From assembly GCA_937924855.1 (NCBI GenBank), contig CALEYQ010000001.1, forward strand, positions 65,060 to 129,059: 64,000 nt of DNA. Direction: 5' to 3'. The position numbers and the translations under genes were made by a program. The notes beneath the pieces were generated by a model. That model was not told the DNA's origin. It saw only the letters and a program-made list of their open reading frames with translations, and did not search any database. The stretch's first letter is position 1. Each line of letters begins with the position of its first letter. This DNA is from an uncultured Bacteroidota bacterium (GTDB lineage: Bacteria > Bacteroidota > Bacteroidia > JADZBD01). This document shows, one piece after another, positions 1 through 11,567 of this stretch.

Positions 1-1
1 T

Positions 2-1405
2 TCCCAGTCTATTGAAATGAGCGTAGCTGAAGTTGACTATGCCCTTTTCCAAAATGCCATGGCTTTGGGGTACATGAAAAAACCGGATAAGAAAATCGAA
101 AATCTGGAGAAGCTCGTGACTCGATTTAAGGGGAAATCACCTTACGAGGCTTCCGGACTTTATGAGTTGGCTCTGTCTTTTTCGCTGAAGGACGAAAACG
201 ACAAAGCCTTTGCTATGTTTAAGCGGATTACCGATGAGTTCCCTAAGTCGAATGTTACGGCCCCCTCTTTGCTTCAGATGGGGAACATTCTGAACAAGCA
301 GAAAAAATACGACGACGCTCTGGTAATTCTTGAAAAAGTTATCGATAAATACCCGAAAACATTTTCAGGACTGGAAGCCGTTCAGATCATCACCGAGATA
401 TGTAAAAACAAAAAGGACATGGAATGTCTCGATCGTGTGGCCGGCATTCCCTGGGCTAATGTGTCTAAAGCAAGAGTAGATTCAAATGCTTTTCAGATTG
501 CGCGTGATGCTTATCTGAAGGAAAACTACACCGAGGCCCGGATGCAGTTCGGAAAATACCTGCAAAAACATCCCGATGGTATTTTTGTGCTTGATGCTAC
601 CTTTTATAAAGCCGAATGCGATATGCTGGCCGGCGATCAGAACCTGGCCCTGGGTGGTTATGTTTTTGTGATTGACCGTATTCCCAACAAGTTCGGCGAG
701 GTGAGTTTGGCCAAGGCCAGCAGCATTTATTTTAAAAACAACGATTTTGAACGGGCGCTTAAGAATTATCAAACCCTGGAACAACTGGCCGAAACACCTT
801 CAAACCTGATGAACGCAAGAGTAGGGCAGATGCGTTGCCACTTTAATCTGAATAACTGGGATGGGGCCATAGAATACGGAAACAAAGTGCTTAACACCGA
901 CAAAACCGGCAAAGAATTGTTTTCGGAAACCAAAATGATAATGGGTAAATCGGCCATGGCAAAAGGCGATAATGATATGGCCTGGAAGGAATTTGCAGAA
1001 GTGATTAAGTCAGGAACCGGAGAGCGTCCGGTGGAAGCAAAATACCTTACGGGAGAAATAAAATTCCTGAAGGGAGAGTTTAAAGAATCGCAGAAAATTT
1101 TGTTTGAGTTGATTAATCAGAAGCCCCCCTATAGTTATTGGATAGGGAAATCGTTTATTCTGATTTCCGACAATTATGTGGGACTGAACGATCTGTTTAA
1201 CGCCAAATTTACCCTCAATACCTTTATTGAGAAATCAACGAATGAAGAATTGCTGAAAATTGCGAGAGAAAAACTGGCGAAGGTGCTTGAGCTGGAAAAA
1301 GAACTTGAAAATAAAAACAAACGAACCATCGAAGATCCCTTTAAGGTGGAGTTCAGAAATCAGCCTGTTCCTGTTTTGGAAAACGATTCAATACAAAAGA
1401 AATGA
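2..1405 (+). CDS. Tetratricopeptide-repeat (TPR) protein, 5' partial (reading frame open to window start)
   Basis: 462-aa ORF from ATG at 17. No in-frame stop between position 2 and 17, so the gene probably starts upstream of the window. Helical repeat composition with recurring A/L/Y/K patterns typical of TPR arrays. The stop overlaps the start of the next ORF (ATGA), suggesting translational coupling. Confidence 0.55.
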   Translation, partial: SQSIEMSVAEVDYALFQNAMALGYMKKPDKKIENLEKLVTRFKGKSPYEASGLYELALSFSLKDENDKAFAMFKRITDEFPKSNVTAPSLLQMGNILNKQKKYDDALVILEKVIDKYPKTFSGLEAVQIITEICKNKKDMECLDRVAGIPWANVSKARVDSNAFQIARDAYLKENYTEARMQFGKYLQKHPDGIFVLDATFYKAECDMLAGDQNLALGGYVFVIDRIPNKFGEVSLAKASSIYFKNNDFERALKNYQTLEQLAETPSNLMNARVGQMRCHFNLNNWDGAIEYGNKVLNTDKTGKELFSETKMIMGKSAMAKGDNDMAWKEFAEVIKSGTGERPVEAKYLTGEIKFLKGEFKESQKILFELINQKPPYSYWIGKSFILISDNYVGLNDLFNAKFTLNTFIEKSTNEELLKIAREKLAKVLELEKELENKNKRTIEDPFKVEFRNQPVPVLENDSIQKK

Positions 1406-3090
1406 GAGTAGTCTTTTTTGCAAAGCCCCTTTTCATCGTAATGGTTTTCTGTGTTGGTGTAATGTCTCATGCCCAATACCGCGACACTTCCATTTTCTTT
1501 TTTGAAAGCGATGCGGTGATTAAAATTGCGAACACACAGAAAATAAAGGAGAACCCGGTTTTCCCGGATACTTCGGCCATAACGCCCGCCATGAAGTATG
1601 GAATTTCATCAGTTCCTGTTAGCCCTCCCCTCGTGTTAAATCCCATGAAAGCAGCGGTGCTTGAGGGAACCCCGCTTAAGAAATTGTATCCGGGTTTGAT
1701 AAAAGCAGGGTTTGGAAATTATACCACTCCGCTGCTGGATTTCAGTTTCGGCAGTTTGAGATCTAGAACTTTGAATTACGGTTTCAGGGCAATGCATCAT
1801 TCTTCCAGAGCTACCCTTGAAAATTCCGGATTTAGCGGGTTTTCGGATAATCTACTTTCCGGCCACACAAAATATTTTCTGCGGAAACATACCCTGAGCG
1901 GCACTGCGGGGTATGAAAGAAATGCCGTTCATTATTTTGGATTCAATCCCGAATTGCATGATATTTCAAACCGTGAACTTACCTTCCAGGCATTTAACAC
2001 GTTTAATCTTTCAGGGGAAATAAAAAGTCATTATCACGACTCTTCCAAACTGAATCATAAGGTAAATCTTGATTATTACATCCAGAATGATTTGTTCGAT
2101 GTAATGGAAAATAATGTAAAGCTGAAGGCCGAGGGTGGGAAGGAAATCAATCATCAGTTTTTCGGTTCGCGGGTTTATGTAAATTACTTGAACGACCGCA
2201 TGGGGGTAAAAGACACGGCCAATTCCACCATCCTGGGTCTGGAGCCTTTTGTGAAATATACCGGAAAAAAAATCCGGGCCTCTGTTGGGCTTAATATGGC
2301 GCTTGATCTGGCGGCTAAAAACCGCTTTTATTTTTATCCCAACCTTGAAGTTCAATTCAACATTGCCGATTATATCCTGGTTCCCTATGCCGGGATTGGA
2401 GGGGGTTTGAACCGAAACAGCTATTATTCCCTGCGTAACGACAATCCCTTTCTGGTTCCCACCGTGGCCCTTAACCTGAGAAATACCGATGAGAAATTCC
2501 TTGTTTACGGCGGACTCCGGGGATCCATTTCAAAATCGCTTTCTTATGATCTTTCGGCCCGCTACACCCTGGTGAATGATCTTGTATTGTATGCTACCGA
2601 TACCGGGAATGTGTTAAGTCCAACCCTTTACCAGATGTTGCAAAACCGCTTTGTGGTAGTGTATGATTCCGGAAATGTGTTAAACCTCAAGGGTCAGATT
2701 AAGTTTAACTCCGGGAAACGCTTCAGTTTCATGATGGAGGGAAGCTATTACCGGTACTCCCTGAAAAATCATCGTTTTGCCTGGCATCTGCCCGGAATAG
2801 AGCTCGCCTTCAGGGCCGAATACAACCTGCGGGATAAAATCTACCTAAAATCATCGGTGTTTTATACCGGGGAAAGGTTTGCACCGGTGCGAAAAACCGC
2901 CAATAACCCCGATGGATATGTTATTTTGAAGGGTTTTGCCGATTTGAACCTGGGTCTTGAGTACAGGTATAACAAACGGACCTCCTTTTTTGCCAATTTC
3001 AATAACCTGAGCGGTGGACGGTACTACCGCTGGCACAATTATCCTGTCCAGCGATTGAATGCTCTGGGGGGAGCAACCTGGGCATTTTAA
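1402..3090 (+). CDS. Outer-membrane beta-barrel protein (hypothetical), co-transcribed with upstream TPR gene
   Basis: 562 aa. N-terminal hydrophobic signal peptide (MRVVFFAKPLFIVMVFCVGVMSHAQ). Alternating amphipathic beta-strand-like segments rich in Y/G/N/F. C-terminal aromatic residue (…ATWAF), typical of OM beta-barrels. Confidence 0.5.
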   Translation: MRVVFFAKPLFIVMVFCVGVMSHAQYRDTSIFFFESDAVIKIANTQKIKENPVFPDTSAITPAMKYGISSVPVSPPLVLNPMKAAVLEGTPLKKLYPGLIKAGFGNYTTPLLDFSFGSLRSRTLNYGFRAMHHSSRATLENSGFSGFSDNLLSGHTKYFLRKHTLSGTAGYERNAVHYFGFNPELHDISNRELTFQAFNTFNLSGEIKSHYHDSSKLNHKVNLDYYIQNDLFDVMENNVKLKAEGGKEINHQFFGSRVYVNYLNDRMGVKDTANSTILGLEPFVKYTGKKIRASVGLNMALDLAAKNRFYFYPNLEVQFNIADYILVPYAGIGGGLNRNSYYSLRNDNPFLVPTVALNLRNTDEKFLVYGGLRGSISKSLSYDLSARYTLVNDLVLYATDTGNVLSPTLYQMLQNRFVVVYDSGNVLNLKGQIKFNSGKRFSFMMEGSYYRYSLKNHRFAWHLPGIELAFRAEYNLRDKIYLKSSVFYTGERFAPVRKTANNPDGYVILKGFADLNLGLEYRYNKRTSFFANFNNLSGGRYYRWHNYPVQRLNALGGATWAF

Positions 3091-3112
3091 ACCCCTTTTT
3101 TTGACCCTTTTC

Positions 3113-3139
3113 GGGGGGCTTTTCGGGCCCCCTTTTTTG
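3113..3139 (+). terminator. Rho-independent terminator after OMP gene
   Basis: GC stem gggggc/gccccc with a short loop, followed by a T6 run, immediately downstream of the 3090 stop. Confidence 0.45.
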
Positions 3140-3224
3140 TTAACAATTGTTGATAAAATTACCCCCTTTTGGAGGGCTTAAAACTGCCCTTAAACCCCTG
3201 ATTTTTAGTAAATTTAAGCTTTAA

Positions 3225-5219
<1,995 letters not shown>

Positions 5220-5236
5220 TGCATAAGTAAAGGCAC

Positions 5237-5265
5237 AAAAAAAGCGGGCAGTGCCCGCTTTTTTT
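5237..5265. terminator. Bidirectional rho-independent terminator between convergent gyrB and collagen-like gene 1
   Basis: A7 run, then hairpin gcggg-cagtg-cccgc, then T7 run. Symmetric, so it can terminate both strands. Confidence 0.6.
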
Positions 5266-5282
5266 ATTTATAATTCTTCGAA

Positions 5283-7058
5283 TTAAAAAGTCTTTTTCGG
5301 AAGGGGTTGTTGAGAAAGGTCGCTCAGGCGAACTGAGTTAACCTTGTGTTTGCCTTCAAACTTATGGAACCTGATTCCGGTATATTTGGAAACCAGAATT
5401 CCGTTGCGGTATTCATCGGCACGAACGGCAACCACTTTATAGGTGAATTTTACATTTGAGTTGCCTCCGGAAAGTTCTTTTACTTCAAAACCATCTTTGG
5501 ATTTATTAAACACATATACTCCGTTACAATCGCCTTCCAGCTGAATAAATACGCGAAGTGGATTTTGTCCGTCTACGGTAATATTCTTGGAGTAAATGGG
5601 ATCCAGGGTAATCCGTGCATATCCGTTTACAAGATTACCTTCTCCATAGTCTTCAAACATGGGTTCGGGAGCTTCGGGTGAATACATAACCACCTGTTGG
5701 CCGTATAGATCTTCTACAATAGTTGAAACAACACCGGTTCCAATGATTTTATTGTTGGTGGCTCCATTATAACGGGCCACATAAGCAAAATAATCATTGG
5801 CAGCATTCAGGGAGTCGTCGAAATAACCTCCGGCCGTTATGCCTGCAGTACTTCCTCCATAGGCGCGGGCGTAAATTCCGTATGATCTACCGGTAAAAGA
5901 TCCGCCACTTCCGGCGGTGGAATAATAAATAGGGTTCACATTATTTCCACCTCCTACAACTCCGGTTCCCAGAACATTCGTATTCCAGCTGATGGAGCCA
6001 AAAGAAGCGGCTCCCACGGCCTGAAAATATCCTCCGGAGCCGGTAAGGTTATTAAATCCGATAACACCAAAACTGGTGGAGGTGTTTACACCATAAACAC
6101 CTGCTCCTGTGCTGGAGTTAATCCCCTGCACTCCGTATCCGCCTCCTGTGTTTTCACCATACACACCCACTCCGGTGGTTGCGGAATATCCGTTAATTGC
6201 AAAAGCCCCAAGCGGGTTGGTTGAGCCGGCCACACCGGAACCAAAAACAGAGAATACATCGCCCGCAAAAGGTGCAACGGCATTATAAACTCCGGGTCCT
6301 GTTGCCAGAATTCGCATTCTTTCATTCGTGGCAAGAGCGCCACCGGTTTTAGTAACAAATGCCTGAGCATCCAGAGTTCCGATAAAGTTGGTGGGGGGAG
6401 TGGTACCTGAATTACCTAAAATCCACCAGGCAGTTTGTGAGGGACCGGTTGCGCCGGTTGCCCCTGTGGCGCCTGTTGATCCGGTGGCACCGGTAGCACC
6501 GTTATTTCCTGTAGGGCCGGTAGCTCCGTTCGCGCCGGCAGGGCCTGTGGCTCCGGTAGCACCGTTAGCGCCCGAAGGTCCTGTTGGTCCCTGTGGGCCC
6601 GTTGCACCATTAGCACCTGCAGGTCCGGTTGGGCCGGTAGCTCCGGTTGATCCGTTAGTTCCCGCAGGGCCTGTGGCTCCGGTAGCACCCGTAGGTCCGG
6701 TTGCTCCAACCGATCCGCTGGAACCCGTGGGTCCTGTAGGCCCGGTAGGTCCGGTTCCACCACCTGCCGAGGCACGGCAAAGGCTTACCCATGAGGGGGG
6801 AGCGGTACGGTAAAAAAAGTAACACATGGAATCGGTATCGTACACCAATAATGAATTGGAAGGGGCAACTATGGCCAAACGCTGCACCGCAGTCATTCGG
6901 GGAACCAATAGCCCTTTGTTAGTAGAAAGCAATTCTAAAATTGCACTGGGAGCCGGTGTGTTTGTTCCGATTCCAACATTGTCCTGGGCGATAAGGCTTG
7001 AAGGAGCCATAAAAACGGCAAATACAATCAGCCATAAACCAAGTAAAAATTTTTTCAT
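5283..7058 (-). CDS. Secreted collagen-like (Gly-X-Y) triple-helix repeat protein, paralog 1
   Basis: 591 aa. Signal peptide ([25 protein letters not shown]). Conserved N-terminal domain ([10 protein letters not shown]…LLVYDTDS). About 110 residues of uninterrupted [12 protein letters not shown] triplets. Gly-rich G-x-Y-G-x-N repeats. Conserved C-terminal domain shared with the 7152-9326 gene. Confidence 0.7.
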   Translation of the reverse strand: MKKFLLGLWLIVFAVFMAPSSLIAQDNVGIGTNTPAPSAILELLSTNKGLLVPRMTAVQRLAIVAPSNSLLVYDTDSMCYFFYRTAPPSWVSLCRASAGGGTGPTGPTGPTGSSGSVGATGPTGATGATGPAGTNGSTGATGPTGPAGANGATGPQGPTGPSGANGATGATGPAGANGATGPTGNNGATGATGSTGATGATGATGPSQTAWWILGNSGTTPPTNFIGTLDAQAFVTKTGGALATNERMRILATGPGVYNAVAPFAGDVFSVFGSGVAGSTNPLGAFAINGYSATTGVGVYGENTGGGYGVQGINSSTGAGVYGVNTSTSFGVIGFNNLTGSGGYFQAVGAASFGSISWNTNVLGTGVVGGGNNVNPIYYSTAGSGGSFTGRSYGIYARAYGGSTAGITAGGYFDDSLNAANDYFAYVARYNGATNNKIIGTGVVSTIVEDLYGQQVVMYSPEAPEPMFEDYGEGNLVNGYARITLDPIYSKNITVDGQNPLRVFIQLEGDCNGVYVFNKSKDGFEVKELSGGNSNVKFTYKVVAVRADEYRNGILVSKYTGIRFHKFEGKHKVNSVRLSDLSQQPLPKKTF

Positions 7059-7078
7059 TTTTCGGGTATAGGTTTAGG

Positions 7079-7086
7079 CAAAACTA
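7079..7086 (-). promoter_or_regulatory. Putative Bacteroidetes sigma-A -7 element (TAGTTTTG = TAnnTTTG) for collagen-like gene 1
   Basis: Plus-strand caaaacta is TAGTTTTG on the minus strand, about 21 nt upstream of the ATG. It matches the TAnnTTTG -7 consensus of Bacteroidetes promoters. Confidence 0.3.
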
Positions 7087-7100
7087 AGGAAGAAAAATGG

Positions 7101-7125
7101 AAAAAAAAAGCCCCCAAATGGGGGC
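7101..7125 (-). terminator. Rho-independent terminator after collagen-like gene 2
   Basis: gccccc-aaat-gggggc hairpin, followed on the minus strand by a T9 run. It lies between the two paralogs, so they appear to be separately transcribed. Confidence 0.5.
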
Positions 7126-7151
7126 TTTTGTACAAGTTCCAAACAGGATTT

Positions 7152-9326
7152 TTAACGGTTCTGAAGGGATTTACCCTTTGAATTGTCTTCCTTTATCTCA
7201 AGATTCTTCACCGGAGCCGGTCCGGGACCTACAGGGAAGCGAAGATTTGCATTTACCGAAGTAACATTTCCTGACTGGTCTTTCGTGTCAGCCCTGTTGG
7301 CAAAAATCTGCCAGGAAAATTTAACATTGCTTTGTCCGCCGTTCAATTCAACCACATCAAATCCATTGGCGGTTTTGTTGGTTACATAAACTCCGTTGCA
7401 GTTTCCTTCCAGCTGAATGAAAACTTTGAGGGGCTTGCTATCGTCGATGTAGATGTTTTTTGCAAGAATGGGATCAATGTCAATATGAGCAAAACCATTC
7501 ACGAGCGTTCCGGTTCCCACATCCTGAAATAAAACTTCAGGAGCTTCGGTACAAAACATTATGCGGTTCTCATCATTCATGCCTTTAACCATGGTAGATT
7601 TTAATCCGGCAGAAAGAATACCATAATCAGTGGCTCCGTTTCTTCCACCCACATAAGCATAGCCGTTGGCGTAGTTGTTAGCGGAGAAATATCCTCCCCA
7701 GCGACCGTTAATCGGGAGGGCGGTTGTTCCAACAGCCCAACCGGCCATACCGTAATCCTGGCCCGTTCCATTCACTCCGCAACCGGCACCAAGTGTGGTA
7801 AAGGGTCCAGGAATGTTGTTTCCAACCCCTAAAAATCCAATACCTGTGGTAAGAGTTGTTACGGCAGGTGCATTACCAGCACGGCCGAGACCTCCCAAAT
7901 CAATTCCGGTAAATGCACCACCGCTTCCATTCACCATATAGGTTCCTTGTGCGCCTTCACCGGCTCCAAAAATGGCGGTTCCTGAAGCATTTCCGTTATT
8001 TCCGCGAACACCGAAACCGGTAGCGTTTGAAATGTTTCCGTAAACACCGGTAGATCCGTTTCCGGTTGTGGAAGAATTTTCTCCGTAAACACCAGCGCCC
8101 GTGGAATTGACATATCCGTTAATGGCCCAATCGCCCAATGTGTTATTTGTAGCACCGGTATAGTTGTTTCCTACAACAGAAAACACATCTCCCGCCATAA
8201 GGGTTGTTGCATTGTAATGTGCCTGTCCTGTATTAAATATCCGCATCCGCTCAATGTTGTTGGAGCGCATGGCAAAACTCATGTTGTCGGTAGTTCCCAG
8301 GAAATTAGCTGCAATGTTGGTTCCGGCATTTCCTGTGGTAAGCCATGCTCCTGCAAGGGTGGTGAGATTTTGGGGAAATGTGGTAACCAGGTTTAAAGTT
8401 CCGTTGGTGTTGAAGGTCAAACTTGTTATGGTCCAGTTCGGACCGGTTGGTCCGGTTACACCCTGAGGTCCTGTTGCACCTGTTAATCCGGTAGGACCAG
8501 TTGGTCCCTGAGCACCTGCTGCTCCGGTAGGTCCGGTTGCGCCATTTGCACCTGCAGGACCTGTTGGACCTTGTGCTCCTGTCGCACCATTTGCGCCGTT
8601 CGCACCTGTGGGTCCGGTTGCGCCGTTAGCACCATTCGCACCCGTAGGTCCGGTTGCTCCGTTAGCACCATTCGCACCGGTAGGACCGGTTGCTCCGTTA
8701 GCACCATTTGCACCCGTAGGTCCGGTTGCTCCGTTAGCACCATTCGCACCGGTAGGTCCGGTTGCGCCATTTGCACCGGCAGGACCCGTGGGTCCCTGTG
8801 CACCCGTTACACCGTTTGCGCCTGTAGGTCCGGTAGGACCATTTGCACCGGCAGGACCTGTGGGTCCTTGTGCACCTGTTGCACCGTTAGCACCTGCTGC
8901 ACCGGTTGGCCCCTGTGGACCTGTTGCTCCATTTAACCCTGCAGGTCCTGTTGGACCAGTTGCTCCATTGGCTCCCGCCGAACCGGTGGGTCCGGTAGCA
9001 CCTGCTGTTCCGGCAGGACCTGTAGGCCCTGTTGGACCTGCATTCTGACATAGAGAAATCCATCCGGAAGCGGTGGTGAAATAAAAAAAGCAATCGAAGT
9101 TTGTATCATAAACCAAAAGCCCATTGGCCGGTGTTGCAATAGCCGTTCGCTGAGCGGTTGTCATTCTGGGAACCAAAACACCTTTGTTGGTGCTGAGCAT
9201 TTCCAGAATGGAAGAAGCATCCGGAGTGTTGGTTCCAATTCCGACATTATCCTGAGCCTGAATATTTCCAAAAAGGAAAATTAAAATTCCGACAAGGAAT
9301 TTTGAAAAGGGTAATTTTCTGATCAT
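7152..9326 (-). CDS. Secreted collagen-like (Gly-X-Y) triple-helix repeat protein, paralog 2
   Basis: 724 aa. Signal peptide. N-terminal domain about 75% identical to paralog 1 ([32 protein letters not shown]…LLVYDTN). About 190 residues of GPT/GAN/GAT triplets including a 5x [12 protein letters not shown] unit. Gly-rich solenoid-like repeats. Conserved C-terminal domain (…[14 protein letters not shown]…SNVKF…). Confidence 0.7.
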   Translation of the reverse strand: MIRKLPFSKFLVGILIFLFGNIQAQDNVGIGTNTPDASSILEMLSTNKGVLVPRMTTAQRTAIATPANGLLVYDTNFDCFFYFTTASGWISLCQNAGPTGPTGPAGTAGATGPTGSAGANGATGPTGPAGLNGATGPQGPTGAAGANGATGAQGPTGPAGANGPTGPTGANGVTGAQGPTGPAGANGATGPTGANGANGATGPTGANGANGATGPTGANGANGATGPTGANGANGATGPTGANGANGATGAQGPTGPAGANGATGPTGAAGAQGPTGPTGLTGATGPQGVTGPTGPNWTITSLTFNTNGTLNLVTTFPQNLTTLAGAWLTTGNAGTNIAANFLGTTDNMSFAMRSNNIERMRIFNTGQAHYNATTLMAGDVFSVVGNNYTGATNNTLGDWAINGYVNSTGAGVYGENSSTTGNGSTGVYGNISNATGFGVRGNNGNASGTAIFGAGEGAQGTYMVNGSGGAFTGIDLGGLGRAGNAPAVTTLTTGIGFLGVGNNIPGPFTTLGAGCGVNGTGQDYGMAGWAVGTTALPINGRWGGYFSANNYANGYAYVGGRNGATDYGILSAGLKSTMVKGMNDENRIMFCTEAPEVLFQDVGTGTLVNGFAHIDIDPILAKNIYIDDSKPLKVFIQLEGNCNGVYVTNKTANGFDVVELNGGQSNVKFSWQIFANRADTKDQSGNVTSVNANLRFPVGPGPAPVKNLEIKEDNSKGKSLQNR
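8590..8790. repeat. Near-perfect 36-bp tandem repeat array (about 5 copies) encoding [12 protein letters not shown] units inside collagen-like gene 2
   Basis: Direct reading of the DNA: the unit ggtccggttgc(t/g)ccgttagcaccattcgcacc(c/g)gtag recurs head-to-tail. The antisense ORF 8608-9048 shows the same 12-aa periodicity ([12 protein letters not shown] x4). Confidence 0.7.
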
Positions 9327-9352
9327 TTGGGTTTTTGTTTTGGAGGAAGGAA

Positions 9353-9360
9353 CAAATATA
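9353..9360 (-). promoter_or_regulatory. Putative sigma-A -7 element (TATATTTG) for collagen-like gene 2
   Basis: Plus-strand caaatata is TATATTTG on the minus strand, about 27 nt upstream of the ATG at 9326. Confidence 0.3.
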
Positions 9361-9460
9361 AATAAAAAACAGACCTTTCCAAAGGTTTAACCTTCTCTAT
9401 TTCAGTAGTTTGTGGGTTGTTTATAATGCCTTGATTGATAGCTCTTTACCTAAACTTTTT

Positions 9461-10081
9461 CTACTTGTTTAGGCGATTTTTGAGATACCATAAAATCAGC
9501 AAAAAAACCGGAATGGCGGCAAGAATATACCAGATGGATGTTCCTCTCTCAGGATGCTTTAAAAGCCGGTTTGGAAATTCGGATGTATCGTTTTCATTTA
9601 ATGTGGTTATCGTGCTGCCATAAATGCTCTCGAGATTTTGAATTTCTTTTTCAAAATTCATAGATCTTTCCGTAAAATAATAGTCGGTTGAATCGGGCAA
9701 TCGTTTGCGGGAATGACTGCAAAAGTGGACATGGGGATTTCCGAAGGTTTTATAATTGCCGTAAATAATCCATTCCTCACCGGGGAAAAAAGCTACTCTG
9801 CAGTCGGAAAGGTTGTCGTATTTCAAATCCAACTGCGAGGGCCCGCTGCCCAAAAAATATTTCGACACGTTTATTTTTGCTACTCCCTGAGCCCCTGAGG
9901 TATCAATGGAAACAATGGTTCCCTGAAAAATTAAATTGTATTGTTTTTGATCTTTTTCAAGGGGCTTCCAGGGGTCGCAGATACAGGCGAATGAAAAGAT
10001 TGTCTGCAACAATAAAATCGAAAGGAAAATAAAAAACCTTTTTTCCGGGATTGCGTTTTTGTAATTATTCTGAAATGGCAT
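9461..10081 (-). CDS. Hypothetical membrane-anchored protein
   Basis: 206 aa. N-terminal hydrophobic segment and a C-terminal TM (IWYILAAIPVFLLILWYL). Several Cys residues. No recognisable family. Confidence 0.4.
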   Translation of the reverse strand: MPFQNNYKNAIPEKRFFIFLSILLLQTIFSFACICDPWKPLEKDQKQYNLIFQGTIVSIDTSGAQGVAKINVSKYFLGSGPSQLDLKYDNLSDCRVAFFPGEEWIIYGNYKTFGNPHVHFCSHSRKRLPDSTDYYFTERSMNFEKEIQNLESIYGSTITTLNENDTSEFPNRLLKHPERGTSIWYILAAIPVFLLILWYLKNRLNK

Positions 10082-11561
10082 GGCTCCGAATGAATCGTTC
10101 TGATTCTTTTAGCAAAGGGAAAAACACCTTGTCTTCTTTCAAAAATGAAATTTTTTCCCTGTAGCTTCCGTAAAGATTCTGAATGTAGGACGATGATTTT
10201 TTCACATCGCGGAAATCCAGGGCCTGAAAGGCTGTAATCAACTCTATAGCCAGCACCCTGAAAACATTCTCAGCAATCATATTTACTCTGAGAGCAGCAT
10301 TAGCTCCCATGCTTACATGATCTTCCTGTCCGTTCGACGATACAATGGAATCTACCGAAGAGGGTGAGGCAAGTTGTTTGTTTAAACTTACCATGGATGC
10401 AGCGGTATACTGCGGAATCATAAAACCCGAATTTAATCCGGGATTTTTTACCAGAAAAGGCGGTAGCCCCCGGGTGCCACTGATAAGCTGGTAAGTTCTT
10501 CGTTCCGATATCGAGCCCAGTTCTGCCAAAGCCAGGCTGAGTTGATCAAGTGATAAGGCAAGTATCTGTCCGTGAAAATTTCCTCCCGAAATTATTTTTC
10601 CGGCTTCCGGAAAAACGGTGGGATTATCCGTTACGGAGTTTATTTCCCGCAGAAAAACTTCCGTGCAATTGTTAATTATTTCCAGCGAGGCTCCATGCAC
10701 CTGTGGAATGCAGCGAAAGGAATATGGATCCTGTACATGGGTTTTTTTTCCGGAAAACAATTTGCTGCCCCGGAGAATTTTTTGAATGCGGGCCGCCACC
10801 AGCTTTTGTCCGGGATGAGGTCGCACATCCTGAATGAGTGAATCAAAGGGTTCCGGTCTTGCATCAAAAGCTTCCAGTGAAACGGAAGCAGTAATATCCG
10901 ACCAGGCCGACAACATACCCGCGTCTATAAGGGCTTTGGCCCCAAGTGCCGTCATAAACTGGGTTCCGTTCAAGAGTGCAAGGGCTTCCTTTGACCGGAA
11001 AGAATGAATCTTTAGTTTTTGTTTTTTAAGAGCTGTTGGGGTGGGCACTATTTCTCCATTCAGATATACTTCTCCCAAACCGAGCAGGGGCAGGGCCATG
11101 TGGGCCAGGGGTGCCAGATCGCCCGAAGCACCCAGACTGCCGTTTTCATAAACCACGGGGATAATGTCTTTATTCAGCAAATCAGCCAATCCCTGCACTG
11201 TGGCCAAACTTACTCCGCTGAATCCCTTTGCAAGGGAATGAATTTTAAACAGCAACATTAATCTTACAAGCTCCGGGGCAAGGGGCTTTCCCATGCCACA
11301 GGCATGCGACATTACCAGATTTTCCTGGAGCTTCTCAATTGCATCGGAAGGAATTTCCCTGTCGTAAAGCGACCCGAATCCTGTATTGATCCCATAAACA
11401 GGTTCTTTACTCTTGCTTAAGTACTGGTCCAGAAATTCCCGGGATTCCCGAATTTTCTTTTTCGCTTTTTCACTCAAAACAATCCGGGGCCTGGAATTAT
11501 AAAAAGCCGAGATGGTTTTCAAATCAAGATTCTTGTCCGGATTTATTTCCAGTTGTTTCAT
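10065..11561 (-). CDS. hutH: Histidine ammonia-lyase (aromatic amino-acid lyase family, MIO cofactor)
   Basis: 498 aa. Contains GSLGASGDLAPLAHMA, the Ala-Ser-Gly triad that forms the MIO prosthetic group in HAL/PAL enzymes. Length fits HAL. Confidence 0.85.
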   Translation of the reverse strand: MKQLEINPDKNLDLKTISAFYNSRPRIVLSEKAKKKIRESREFLDQYLSKSKEPVYGINTGFGSLYDREIPSDAIEKLQENLVMSHACGMGKPLAPELVRLMLLFKIHSLAKGFSGVSLATVQGLADLLNKDIIPVVYENGSLGASGDLAPLAHMALPLLGLGEVYLNGEIVPTPTALKKQKLKIHSFRSKEALALLNGTQFMTALGAKALIDAGMLSAWSDITASVSLEAFDARPEPFDSLIQDVRPHPGQKLVAARIQKILRGSKLFSGKKTHVQDPYSFRCIPQVHGASLEIINNCTEVFLREINSVTDNPTVFPEAGKIISGGNFHGQILALSLDQLSLALAELGSISERRTYQLISGTRGLPPFLVKNPGLNSGFMIPQYTAASMVSLNKQLASPSSVDSIVSSNGQEDHVSMGANAALRVNMIAENVFRVLAIELITAFQALDFRDVKKSSSYIQNLYGSYREKISFLKEDKVFFPLLKESERFIRSHAISE

Positions 11562-11567
11562 CAGTCC

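Noticed and set aside
1260-1505. 81-aa ORF overlapping the TPR/OMP junction, and other short ORFs such as 2011-2355 and 3429-3623
   Set aside because: Embedded in or antisense to longer well-supported genes, with no distinguishing features.
6416-6775. 119-aa minus-strand ORF, and 8483-8803 (106 aa) and 8571-8936 (+), inside the collagen-like genes
   Set aside because: Alternative-frame ORFs kept open by the repetitive GC-rich triplets. The in-frame long ORFs with signal peptides are the real genes.
6388-6813. 141-aa plus-strand ORF full of PVAPVAP repeats (and the analogous 8608-9048 ORF)
   Set aside because: Antisense reading of the GC-rich Gly-X-Y codons of the collagen-like genes. It mirrors their periodicity, has no start context and is not a real gene.
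8590-8790. Possible CRISPR array, given the regular 36-bp periodicity
   Set aside because: The repeats are contiguous with no spacers, in frame inside a coding sequence, and encode Gly-X-Y triplets. No cas genes nearby.
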